From an uncultured bacterium (GTDB lineage Bacteria; Margulisbacteria; WOR-1; CAVSGV01), in NCBI GenBank assembly GCA_963699255.1, contig OY969425.1, positions 1,680,001 through 1,712,000 of the forward strand: a DNA stretch of 32,000 nucleotides, written 5' to 3'. Under the pieces are notes generated by a model. That model worked only from the letters and a program-made list of their open reading frames with translations, had not been told where the DNA came from and did not search any database. Shown one piece after another: positions 10,252-18,504 of this stretch. Made by a program: the position numbers and the translations under genes. How positions within the stretch are numbered: position 1 is the stretch's first letter; the number at the start of each line of letters is the position of its first letter.

Positions 10252-10274
10252 AGGCAGGAAGAGAGGATCAATTT

Positions 10275-10715
10275 ATGAAAATGGGTGAAATGCACAAGAC
10301 CGAGGGAGCAAGAAAAAAGAAAAAAAGAGTTGGAAGAGGAACGAGTTCCGGGCACGGAAAAACTTCGGGTCGCGGGAACAAAGGGCAGAACGCGAGGCAG
10401 GGCGGAGGCGTGCGTCCCGGATTCGAAGGGGGACAGACCCCTCTTTACAGGAGGCTTCCAAAGGAAAAAGGATTTAAGAACCTGCTCTTTAAGAAGTATT
10501 ACGCGACGATAAATGTCGGCGAGCTGAATAGCTTTAAAGTTACCGTTAATAAGAAAATCCTTGTCGAAGCGGGAAGGATCAGGGAAGGGGATCTTTTAAA
10601 GGTCCTCGGGGACGGGACCCTAAATGTACCGCTCACTGTTGAAGCCGACAAGTTTTCAGAAAGCGCGATGAAAAAGATAAAGGATGCAGGCGGGAGGGCA
10701 GTTCAGCCTTGTTAA
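10275..10715 (+). CDS. rplO: 50S ribosomal protein L15
   Basis: 146 aa with KRVGRGTSSGHGKTSGRGNKGQ. Follows rpsE directly, with no rpmD between them. Confidence 0.95.
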   Translation: MKMGEMHKTEGARKKKKRVGRGTSSGHGKTSGRGNKGQNARQGGGVRPGFEGGQTPLYRRLPKEKGFKNLLFKKYYATINVGELNSFKVTVNKKILVEAGRIREGDLLKVLGDGTLNVPLTVEADKFSESAMKKIKDAGGRAVQPC

Positions 10716-11971
10716 ATACTGTTTCCGGGATTTTTAATATCAAGGATCTAAGGAATAAACTCCTGTTCACTCTCGGGGTAATAGTCGTGTTCAGGCTCGG
10801 CGTTCACATACCGATCCCCGGGGTAGACAGCGTAAAGCTTACGCATATGTTCGGGGCGGGAAATCTTCTTAATTTCCTGGACCTGTTCACGGGCGGAGCT
10901 CTTGTGAAATTCTCTATTTTCGCGATGGGGATCGTGCCTTATATCAATGCCTCAATCATATTCCAGCTTTTGACGGCTGTTATTCCGCAGTTGGAAGAGA
11001 TGTCAAAAGAAGGAGATACTGGAAGAAAACAGATCGCGCAATACACAAGATACCTGACCGTTGTGCTTGCTGCGTTCCAGGCGTTCGGCATGGCTTTTTG
11101 GCTTAGAGGGGTATTGCTTCCCGGATACGATTTCAGGCTTTTCCTGATATCCGTCATTATACTCCTGACCGCGGGGACATCATTTGTGATGTGGCTTGGC
11201 GAGCTGATAACCGAGCACGGCATCGGGAATGGAGCTTCACTGATAATTTTCATAGGTATCGTTTCCAGGATCCCCACTTATATAGGCCAGACGATACTTT
11301 TACTAAAGGGCGGAGCAAGCGTGATCGGCGCTCTGATCCTGCTTGCGGTTTTTGTGCTTATGATCATTTCGATAGTCATAATAAGTGAGGCGCAAAGACG
11401 GATACCCGTGCAGTATGCGAAACGGATAATAGGGCGCCGTGTTTACGGCGGGCAGAGCACATATATCCCTCTCAGGTTGAACCAGGGCGGGGTCATACCG
11501 ATCATATTCGCTTCATCGGTCCTCCTTTTTCCTGCGACGATAGCGCAGTTCATCCCTGTGCCCTTTATGCAGTGGATAGCGGGGCAGCTTTCCCCTTCCA
11601 AGGGTTTGTATATGTGCCTTTACTTTTTGCTGATATTTTTCTTTACATATTTTTACACGGCCATCACTTTTAACCCGAAAGACCTGGCCGAGAACATAAA
11701 AAAATACGGAGGGTTCATAATGGGCATCCGGCCGGGAGAGAAGACGGCGGAGTATCTGGAAACTATCGTGACGAAGCTGACTTTTGTCGGGGCTCTTTTC
11801 CTGGCTGTCATAGCGATTGTCCCAACTATCATTGAGGGAGTAACGCATATAACTTCTTTTCAGGGGCTTGGGAGCACCGCTCTTCTTATCGTTGTAGGCG
11901 TTGCGCTCGATCTGGTGAGACAGGTAGAGACGCATCTTGTGACAAGGCAATATGAGGGGCTGTTGACTTGA
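10709..11971 (+). CDS. secY: Preprotein translocase subunit SecY
   Basis: 420 aa, polytopic membrane protein. TTG start giving ...IKDLRNKLLFTLGVIVVFRLGVHIPIPGVD. In the spc-cluster slot. Confidence 0.95.
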   Translation: MLNTVSGIFNIKDLRNKLLFTLGVIVVFRLGVHIPIPGVDSVKLTHMFGAGNLLNFLDLFTGGALVKFSIFAMGIVPYINASIIFQLLTAVIPQLEEMSKEGDTGRKQIAQYTRYLTVVLAAFQAFGMAFWLRGVLLPGYDFRLFLISVIILLTAGTSFVMWLGELITEHGIGNGASLIIFIGIVSRIPTYIGQTILLLKGGASVIGALILLAVFVLMIISIVIISEAQRRIPVQYAKRIIGRRVYGGQSTYIPLRLNQGGVIPIIFASSVLLFPATIAQFIPVPFMQWIAGQLSPSKGLYMCLYFLLIFFFTYFYTAITFNPKDLAENIKKYGGFIMGIRPGEKTAEYLETIVTKLTFVGALFLAVIAIVPTIIEGVTHITSFQGLGSTALLIVVGVALDLVRQVETHLVTRQYEGLLT

Positions 11972-12624
11972 GCGGTGCGAACGTTTTTGTTTTGGCCGGC
12001 CCTCCGGGGTCGGGAAAGGGAACGCAGGCAAAGCTGCTCGCCCCAAAACTTAATGTTCCTCATATATCTTTGGGAGATCTTCTCCGTGAAGCGGTGAGGA
12101 GCGGCACGAAAACGGGCCTTCTTGCCAAGGGCTACCTGGATGCCGGCAAGTTAGTTCCGGATAAAGTTGCCATAGATGTGGCGGAAGAGGCCGTGAAAAA
12201 AGAAGAGTGCCGAAAAGGTTTTGTGATCGACGGTTTTCCGAGGACCTTGGAGCAGGCGGTCCTGTTCGATAAACTGCTTGGCAGGCTGAAGTTCAATTTG
12301 GCCAAGGTTTTGTATATCGATATCCCGATGGCGGAGATATTAAGAAGGCTTACCGGCAGAAGAAGCTGCAGGAAGTGCGGGGCGGTTTTCCATATAGCGT
12401 TCAACCCGCCGAAAGCTGAAAATAAATGTGATAGCTGCGGCGGAGAGCTCTATCAAAGGCATGATGACACGGAAGAAGTCATTAAGGTCAGGTATGAAGT
12501 GTATAAGAAGCAGACCATGCCATTGATAGATTATTATACAAAGAGCGGCAAACTGGCCAAAATAGACGGGACTAAAGCGGTAGCCGATGTCTTTAAGGAA
12601 GTATGTAACGCGGTAGGAGTCTGA
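11968..12624 (+). CDS. adk: Adenylate kinase (Cys4 zinc-lid type)
   Basis: 218 aa with a TTG start overlapping the secY stop. P-loop GPPGSGKGTQ. Lid has CRKCG...CDSCGGEL. Confidence 0.95.
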   Translation: MSGANVFVLAGPPGSGKGTQAKLLAPKLNVPHISLGDLLREAVRSGTKTGLLAKGYLDAGKLVPDKVAIDVAEEAVKKEECRKGFVIDGFPRTLEQAVLFDKLLGRLKFNLAKVLYIDIPMAEILRRLTGRRSCRKCGAVFHIAFNPPKAENKCDSCGGELYQRHDDTEEVIKVRYEVYKKQTMPLIDYYTKSGKLAKIDGTKAVADVFKEVCNAVGV

Positions 12625-12630
12625 AGTCTG

Positions 12631-13380
12631 ATGTCGTTAATTAAAACTGAGCCTGAGATCGAGAAGATAAAAAAGGCATGCAGGGTTTCGGCGGAAATAC
12701 TGGGCGAAATAAAGGGAGTTATCAGGATCGGCATTACTACCGCGGAGATCGAAAAATTTGCCGATGGTCTTTTTGAAAAACAAGGCGCGATCCCCGCTTT
12801 TAAGGGTTACAGGGGATATAAATACGCGACTTGTCTTTCTGTTAACGAGGAAATAGTGCACGGCTTGCCGTCCGAGAGGCGTCTTGAGGACGGGGATATA
12901 ATCGGCGTTGATGTGGGCGCTATTGTTGATGGATATTACGGGGACAATGCGGAGACTTTCCCGGTCGGAAAAATATCCGCGAAGGTGAAGAGGCTCCTGT
13001 CCACGACAAGATCCGCCCTTTACAAGGGGATAGCGCAGGCAAGTGAAGGCAAGCATTTAGGGGATGTGTCCAGCGCTATCGAGGAAGAGGCTGTAAAGAA
13101 CGGTTTTTCGGTCGTTAAAGATCTTTACGGGCACGGGGTCGGAAGCGCTCTTCATGAGGATCCGCTGGTCCCGAACTTCGGAAAGAGGGGGACCGGCATG
13201 GCGCTTAAAGCCGGGATGACAGTGGCGATAGAGCCGATGTTGAATATTGGAGGATCTGATATTAAGACTTTGGATGATGGATGGACGATAGTTACGGCGG
13301 ACGGGAGCCTTTCCGCTCACTTTGAGCATACGATACTTATAACGAAGGGCACGCCGATAATATTGACCAGGCGGGACTAA
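12631..13380 (+). CDS. map: Type I methionine aminopeptidase
   Basis: 249 aa with the metal-ligand context [28 protein letters not shown] and FEHT. Confidence 0.95.
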   Translation: MSLIKTEPEIEKIKKACRVSAEILGEIKGVIRIGITTAEIEKFADGLFEKQGAIPAFKGYRGYKYATCLSVNEEIVHGLPSERRLEDGDIIGVDVGAIVDGYYGDNAETFPVGKISAKVKRLLSTTRSALYKGIAQASEGKHLGDVSSAIEEEAVKNGFSVVKDLYGHGVGSALHEDPLVPNFGKRGTGMALKAGMTVAIEPMLNIGGSDIKTLDDGWTIVTADGSLSAHFEHTILITKGTPIILTRRD

Positions 13381-13384
13381 AAAA

Positions 13385-13606
13385 ATGGTGAAGGATAAAG
13401 ATGTCATAGAACTTGACGGAGAGGTGACCGAAGCGTTGCCCAATGCTTTGTTCAGAGTGAAACTTGAGACCGGTCAGATGGTCTTGGCGCATGTGTCAGG
13501 TAAGATCAGGAAGAATTTTATAAGGATACTTCCTGGGGATAAGGTCAAGGTTGAGCTTTCACCTTATGATCTTACCCGCGGACGTATCACTTTCAGGTCA
13601 AAATAG
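13385..13606 (+). CDS. infA: Translation initiation factor IF-1
   Basis: 73 aa S1-like fold with [22 protein letters not shown]...[36 protein letters not shown]. Confidence 0.96.
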   Translation: MVKDKDVIELDGEVTEALPNALFRVKLETGQMVLAHVSGKIRKNFIRILPGDKVKVELSPYDLTRGRITFRSK

Positions 13607-13616
13607 GAGGATCTAT

Positions 13617-13730
13617 ATGAAAGTCAGGGCGTCAGTTAAAAAAATGTGTGACAGTTGCAAGGTGGTCAGACGAAAAGGGCGTGTCAGGATCATCTGCAAG
13701 AATCCGAAGCATAAGCAGAGACAAGGTTAG
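13617..13730 (+). CDS. rpmJ: 50S ribosomal protein L36 (zinc-binding form)
   Basis: Absent from the ORF track (below its length cut-off). My translation is ATG 13617 [40 protein letters not shown] 13728-13730. AGGAGG SD at 13605-13610. Canonical infA-rpmJ-rpsM order. Confidence 0.93.
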   Translation: MKVRASVKKMCDSCKVVRRKGRVRIICKNPKHKQRQG

Positions 13731-13748
13731 TACTGGGGGTAAAATATT

Positions 13749-14135
13749 ATGGCTCGAATAGCTGGTGTTGATCTGCCATCGAATAAAAGGGTGGAGATAG
13801 GACTTACGTATATTTACGGTATCGGAAGGGCCCTGGCTCTTGAAATACTGGACAGAGCCAAGATCGATCCTGCGCGGCGCGCGAAGGACCTGTCTGAATC
13901 CGATGTCGTTGCCCTTAGGGATATCATAAAGGACTATACGGTTGAGGGAGATCTGCGCAAGGAACTGCAGATGAACATTAAAAGATTGATGGATATCGGG
14001 ACGTACAGGGGGCAGAGGCACAAAAGAGGGCTTCCTGCCAGGGGACAGCGCACCAGAACGAACGCAAGAACAAAGAGAGGCAAACGTAAAACTGTGGGCG
14101 CCGGACATAAGAAGGTAGAAATCAAGAAGGAGTAA
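13749..14135 (+). CDS. rpsM: 30S ribosomal protein S13
   Basis: 128 aa with [24 protein letters not shown] and [11 protein letters not shown]. Confidence 0.96.
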   Translation: MARIAGVDLPSNKRVEIGLTYIYGIGRALALEILDRAKIDPARRAKDLSESDVVALRDIIKDYTVEGDLRKELQMNIKRLMDIGTYRGQRHKRGLPARGQRTRTNARTKRGKRKTVGAGHKKVEIKKE

Positions 14136-14141
14136 AGCAAT

Positions 14142-14531
14142 ATGACAGCGGTTACGGTCAAAAAAAAGAAAGAGAAAAAGCACGTAGGGAGCGTAGGAAT
14201 AGCGCATATCAAGTCGACCTTTAATAATACGATAGTTTCCATTTCCGATACGAGCGGGAACATTATAGTATGGGGGTCGGCCGGGAACGTCGGTTTTAAA
14301 GGTACAAAAAAGGGAACGCCTTTTGCGGCGCAGTTAGCAGCGGAGACTGTCGCAAGGAAAGCGGTTGAGGCGGGAGTTAAAGAAGTCAGCGTTCTGGTGA
14401 AGGGTCCGGGTGCGGGAAGGGAGACAGCTATCAGGGCTCTTCAGGGGGCGGGGCTTGAAATCAGCTCTATTAAGGACGTAACTCCTATTCCGCATAACGG
14501 TTGCAGGCCGAGAAAGAAAAGAAGGGTTTAG
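14142..14531 (+). CDS. rpsK: 30S ribosomal protein S11
   Basis: 129 aa with [18 protein letters not shown] and [17 protein letters not shown]. Confidence 0.96.
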   Translation: MTAVTVKKKKEKKHVGSVGIAHIKSTFNNTIVSISDTSGNIIVWGSAGNVGFKGTKKGTPFAAQLAAETVARKAVEAGVKEVSVLVKGPGAGRETAIRALQGAGLEISSIKDVTPIPHNGCRPRKKRRV

Positions 14532-14574
14532 AGTGGAGTTGAACAAAGTTAATTCATTTTTTAAGGGGTGAGAT

Positions 14575-15195
14575 ATGGGGCGTCATATTAAAGCGGTTTG
14601 TAGGTTGTGCAGGCGAGAAGGCAATAAACTGTTCTTGAAAGGGGACAGATGCTATACCGAGAAATGCTCGTTCAAGAGAAGGGAATATGCTCCCGGACAG
14701 CACGGGCAGTTGCCTTTAAAGTCCTCTGAATACAGCATAAGGCTGCGCGAGAAGCAGAAGGCCAGGCGTATTTATGGGATATCGGAGAGACAGTTTAAAA
14801 CATATTTTGAGCGAGCGCTCAAGTGGAGAGGGGTTACGGGAGAAAAGCTGCTGGAGCTCCTTGAGAGGCGTCTTGATAATGTAATTTACAGACTTGGGTT
14901 TGTGCCGTCGCGCGCGCAGGCCCGTCAAATCGTCACGCACGGACACATAATCCTGAACGGCAGAAAAGTTAATATTCCTTCTCTGTCGGTAAAGACCGGC
15001 GATGTTATAAAGATCAAGGAGGGTATATCCCCCAAGATCAGGGAGAACCTGGAAAAGGCGGGGGAGAGGACGCCTCCAAACTGGTTAAGCATGAATGCCG
15101 CTTCCCTTGAAGGGAAGATCGAATCAATGCCTGAAAGGAAAGATATCGGAGAAGCGATAACGGAATCAATGATAGTCGAGTTCTATTCAAGATAA
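14575..15195 (+). CDS. rpsD: 30S ribosomal protein S4
   Basis: 206 aa. N-terminal Cys cluster (CRLCRREG...C....C) and the S4 domain RLDNVIYRLGF..SRAQARQIVTHGHI. Confidence 0.95.
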   Translation: MGRHIKAVCRLCRREGNKLFLKGDRCYTEKCSFKRREYAPGQHGQLPLKSSEYSIRLREKQKARRIYGISERQFKTYFERALKWRGVTGEKLLELLERRLDNVIYRLGFVPSRAQARQIVTHGHIILNGRKVNIPSLSVKTGDVIKIKEGISPKIRENLEKAGERTPPNWLSMNAASLEGKIESMPERKDIGEAITESMIVEFYSR

Positions 15196-15196
15196 A

Positions 15197-15213
15197 CCCC
15201 GAAAAATTCGGGG
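15197..15213 (+). other. Intergenic stem-loop CCCCGAA-aaa-TTCGGGG (rpsD-rpoA spacer)
   Basis: Perfect 7-bp inverted repeat immediately 5' of the AAGGAGG SD of rpoA. Function unknown. Confidence 0.5.
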
Positions 15214-15229
15214 CAAGGAGGGTATATAA

Positions 15230-16204
15230 ATGATTATGTTAGGAGAAAAACCTTGGGTGAGATATGTCCCGCAGACGGAGAACTACGGAAAGTTCATTGT
15301 GGAGCCGCTTGAGAGAGGGTATGGCTCCACGCTTGGCAACTCTTTAAGGCGCGTTCTACTGTCATCGCTTATGGGGGCTGCCGTTACTTCGGTGAAAATA
15401 GAGAACGTTTCTCATCAGTTTTCGACGATCCCAGGCGTTGTAGAGGATGTTCTGCAGATAATATTGAACATCAAGGAGATGGTGATCAGATCGCATACCG
15501 ACGAGACTAGGATGATAACGCTTAAGGCAAAAGGGAAAGGTCAAGTGAAGGCGAGCGATATAACGCATGATGCGGATATAGATATAGTGAACGGCGACCT
15601 GGTGATAGCGAATCTTGAAAACAACGGGAAGCTGAACATTGAGATGGTCGTTGAGCCAGGCAAGGGATATGTTGTTGCCGAGAGGAACAAAAAGCCGAAT
15701 CAGCCGCTGGGAACGATCCCGATAGACTCTATTTTTACGCCGGTGCTTAAGGTAAATATCACTACGGAAGAGGTCAGAGTGGGTCAGGAAATAAATTATG
15801 ACAGGTTGATCCTTGATGTTTGGACTAACGGCTCCATCACTCCCGAAGATGCGGTGAAAGAAAGCGCGAAGATACTTGCCAGACACGTCGACATGTTCGT
15901 TAACCTTGGCCAGCGCGCGGAATCGCTTGGAATAGCTGCTTCCGGCAAAGAAGAGGCGAAGGAATCGATCATTGAAATGAACATAGACGACCTTGAGCTT
16001 TCCGCGAGAAGTTCAAATTGCTTGAAAAAAGCCGGGATCAAGACGGTCGGAGAACTGATAGATTACTCGGAACTCGATCTGATGAAAATAAAGAATTTTG
16101 GCGCGAAATCCGCCAAAGAGGTCATTGAAAAGCTAAGGGAATATAAGCTGTCCTTGAAGGAATCAGAAGGGGAAACTGGAGGCAGTGGTGAGACACAGAA
16201 ATAA
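15230..16204 (+). CDS. rpoA: DNA-directed RNA polymerase alpha subunit
   Basis: 324 aa with FIVEPLERGYGSTLGNSLRRVLLSS and the C-terminal-domain motif LELSARSSNCLKKAGIKTVGEL. AAGGAGG SD 7 nt upstream. Confidence 0.96.
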   Translation: MIMLGEKPWVRYVPQTENYGKFIVEPLERGYGSTLGNSLRRVLLSSLMGAAVTSVKIENVSHQFSTIPGVVEDVLQIILNIKEMVIRSHTDETRMITLKAKGKGQVKASDITHDADIDIVNGDLVIANLENNGKLNIEMVVEPGKGYVVAERNKKPNQPLGTIPIDSIFTPVLKVNITTEEVRVGQEINYDRLILDVWTNGSITPEDAVKESAKILARHVDMFVNLGQRAESLGIAASGKEEAKESIIEMNIDDLELSARSSNCLKKAGIKTVGELIDYSELDLMKIKNFGAKSAKEVIEKLREYKLSLKESEGETGGSGETQK

Positions 16205-16538
16205 GGTCAAGAAGTTAAGCAGGCCTACAGACCAGAGAATTGCGTTGCTGAGAAGCATCGTGATGTCGCTTTTGCAGCACGGGAAGGTCGAGGTCACTAT
16301 AACAAGAGCAAAAGAGGCAAGGCGAATGGCGGAACGCATCATAACTCTTTCAAAATACGGCGACATCGCTTCCAGAAGAAAAGCTTTTGCTTTATTAAGG
16401 GACAGGGACCTTATTAAAAGGATCTTTACCGAATTTCCGATAAGATACGAAGGAAGAGCGGGCGGATATACCAGGATAATCAAGATCGGAGCTAATCGAG
16501 GTGACAATGCTCCGAAGGCATATTTAGAACTTGTTTGA
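16185..16538 (+). CDS. rplQ: 50S ribosomal protein L17
   Basis: RHRNKVKKLSRPTDQR...GGYTRI. Two adjacent GTGs at 16185 and 16188. The second has better spacing from the GGAGG SD (16178-16182) and gives the usual MRH start. Confidence 0.94.
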   Translation: MVRHRNKVKKLSRPTDQRIALLRSIVMSLLQHGKVEVTITRAKEARRMAERIITLSKYGDIASRRKAFALLRDRDLIKRIFTEFPIRYEGRAGGYTRIIKIGANRGDNAPKAYLELV

Positions 16539-17302
16539 AGAACGTAAAGATAGTTTTTAGTTATGACGGCGGGCTATTTTTTGGATCTCAGTCTCAGGAC
16601 AACAAAAAAACCGTTCAGGATGAGTTAGAGCTCGCGATATTCAAGCTGACGGGGGAAAAACTAAGGGTGACGCCTGCCGGGCGGACCGACAGGGGAGTTC
16701 ACGCGTTATCCCAAGCAGCCAATTTTGTTACGAGTTCTATTATTCCTATAGATAAGTTCCCGCAAGCCTTGAACAGCAAGCTTTGCGAAGGTATAGTTGT
16801 TAAAGAAGCTAGTGAAGTTCCTTTTACTTTTAATGCGAGGAAACAGGCAAAGAAGCGGGAATATCTTTATTTTGTTTATAACGGGGCCCAAATGCCGGTG
16901 CTCTTTTGGGGCAAGGTTTTACAGGTGACCAAGCCCGTTGATCTGAAGAGGATGTCGGAAGCTGCCCAGTTGTTCGTTGGAAAGCATTGTTTTGTAAATT
17001 TTTGCGGTAAAGGCAGCAGCCAAAATCACTACTACAGGCGGGTTCATGAGTTGGAAGTTAATCTTGCCGGAAGTGATCTGATAAAGAAGCTTGGTCTTAA
17101 GGGAGAACTTATTTGTTTCAGGATCATTGCGGACTCATTTTTGTATAAGATGGTCAGGTTCATTGTCGGGACGCTTTTGGACGTGGGAACGGGCAGGATA
17201 GATGCCAGGGTAGTGAAGAAAATGGTAAAGGGCGATCATGTCAATGTTAGATGTCCGGTTGTTGCGCCTTGCGGCCTTTACTTAAGTAATGTAATATATT
17301 GA
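16535..17302 (+). CDS. truA: tRNA pseudouridine(38-40) synthase TruA
   Basis: 255 aa with a TTG start overlapping the rplQ stop. IVFSYDGGLFFGSQSQ and the catalytic-Asp context AGRTDRGVHA. Confidence 0.9.
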   Translation: MKNVKIVFSYDGGLFFGSQSQDNKKTVQDELELAIFKLTGEKLRVTPAGRTDRGVHALSQAANFVTSSIIPIDKFPQALNSKLCEGIVVKEASEVPFTFNARKQAKKREYLYFVYNGAQMPVLFWGKVLQVTKPVDLKRMSEAAQLFVGKHCFVNFCGKGSSQNHYYRRVHELEVNLAGSDLIKKLGLKGELICFRIIADSFLYKMVRFIVGTLLDVGTGRIDARVVKKMVKGDHVNVRCPVVAPCGLYLSNVIY

Positions 17303-17310
17303 GGTAGAAA

Positions 17311-17747
17311 ATGAAAAAATTAAAAACATACAGCACGAAAGCCTCTGAAATAGAGAGAAAGTGGTACCTTGTGGACGCCAAAGGCAAAACGCTTGGCCGG
17401 TTCGCCTGCAAAGTTGCCGGTATTATCATGGGAAAAGGAAAGGTTAATTTTACGAAGCACCTCGACATGGGAGATTTTGTCATTGTTATTAATGCTGCCG
17501 AGATCTCGGTTACCGGAAAAAAAGATAACCAAAAGATCTATTTTTCACACTCGGGATATCCCGGGGGGACAAAAAGCTTAATTTTAAGCATCTGATCATC
17601 CGTCAACCTGAGCGAATTATAAGGCAGGCGGTTTGGGGCATGTTGCCGCAGAACAGATTGGGCAGGGCGATGCTCAAGAAGCTCAAGATATTCGCGAATG
17701 CGAATCATGATCATTCAGCTCAGCAACCTGAAAAGATAGATATATAA
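17311..17747 (+). CDS. rplM: 50S ribosomal protein L13, reading frame broken by a 1-nt shift at a homopolymer
   Basis: Frame 1 (17311-17595) encodes the N-terminal part ...[16 protein letters not shown]...HSGYPGG, then stops. The conserved C-terminal part, [46 protein letters not shown] (stop 17745-17747), lies in the -1 frame. The switch point is within G6 (17563-17568) or A5 (17571-17575). Confidence 0.88.
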
Positions 17748-17751
17748 GGGG

Positions 17752-18492
17752 ATGAAAATGAAAAAACCGGAAAGTAAAAAAGGGAAAAAAGAAATAAAAA
17801 AGTCCGCAAAAGGCGCCGTGCCTGCTGGCAGGCAGGGATCCGCCTCTGGCGGAAAAGACGCAAAGAAAACCGCGCCAAAGGTGAAAAAAGAAGCCAAGAA
17901 GACCCTTCCCGCTCATCCGGCCGCTAAGCAGGCTGTAAAGCCTGAGTCCGCGGGCGAACAGGAACTTAAGCCCAAGAAGGCAGTAAAGGAAGCTACGCCG
18001 AAGATCGAGGTTCCGAAGCAGCCCCGCATAGAAAAAGCTCATGTCGAGAGAGCTCCGATTGAAGCGCAAAAAGTGGCGCCTGAAAAAAAGAAGCCTCCGA
18101 AGATAGTCCAGTATCATGGTACAGGCGGAAGAAAAACGTCCGGAGCAAGGGTTTGGATCTCGCAGGGTACCGGGCGCTACATCATAAACGGGAAGCCGCT
18201 TGAAAACTACACATGCAAAAGAAATCTGCTGTTAAAAATGGCCATGGAGCCGTTTGTCGTGACAAATACGCTTGGAAAGTATGATGTTCAAGCGAATGCT
18301 AATGGTGGCGGGATATGTTCTCAGATCGGAGCTGTAAGACAAGCCGTATCAGTGGCGATCATGCGGGCTAATCCGGAATTCAGGGCTGTATTGAAGAAGG
18401 CTGGCCTTTTAACAAGGGATTCGAGGATGAAAGAAAGAAAGAAATTCGGTCAGAAGAGAGCTAGAAAAAGATTCCAGTATTCTAAGAGATAG
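17752..18492 (+). CDS. rpsI: 30S ribosomal protein S9 with ~117-aa Lys/Ala/Pro-rich N-terminal extension
   Basis: 246 aa. The C-terminal 129 aa (from ..IVQYHGTGGRKTSGARVWI to ..RKRFQYSKR) are canonical S9. ATGs occur at 17752 and 17758. The AAGGGG SD (17746-17751) is best spaced for 17758. Confidence 0.93.
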   Translation: MKMKKPESKKGKKEIKKSAKGAVPAGRQGSASGGKDAKKTAPKVKKEAKKTLPAHPAAKQAVKPESAGEQELKPKKAVKEATPKIEVPKQPRIEKAHVERAPIEAQKVAPEKKKPPKIVQYHGTGGRKTSGARVWISQGTGRYIINGKPLENYTCKRNLLLKMAMEPFVVTNTLGKYDVQANANGGGICSQIGAVRQAVSVAIMRANPEFRAVLKKAGLLTRDSRMKERKKFGQKRARKRFQYSKR

Positions 18493-18504
18493 AAGGGATG
18501 TTTT

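Noticed and set aside
10285-10512. A 75-aa alternative-frame ORF inside rplO. Similar same-strand alternative-frame ORFs occur at 85-273, 11191-11388, 17369-17581, 20464-20691, 24496-24690, 28138-28332 and 28691-28900.
   Set aside because: Each lies in an off-frame of a strongly supported CDS, produces Arg/Gly/Pro-rich artefactual sequence and has no independent RBS.
13632-14207. A 191-aa minus-strand ORF overlapping rpmJ, rpsM and the start of rpsK.
   Set aside because: It is antisense to three highly conserved ribosomal genes and has no recognisable motifs or RBS. It is a typical shadow ORF. The same reasoning applies to 11513-12046, 21257-21754, 23847-24416, 15362-15886, 1432-1863 and the other minus-strand ORFs inside 1-21782.
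17311-17747. The idea that rplM is a genuinely dead pseudogene.
   Set aside because: L13 is essential. Both halves retain conserved residues and the correct length once a single homopolymer nucleotide is restored. There are no additional stops or indels. A sequencing error or programmed slippage is far more plausible than gene decay.
17683-18117. A 144-aa minus-strand ORF (and the nested 17715-17897 ORF) opposite the rplM 3' end and the S9 extension.
   Set aside because: It is the antisense shadow of Lys/Ala/Glu codons, giving Phe/Leu/Arg-rich low complexity. It has no SD, and the plus strand carries clearly conserved ribosomal-protein sequence.
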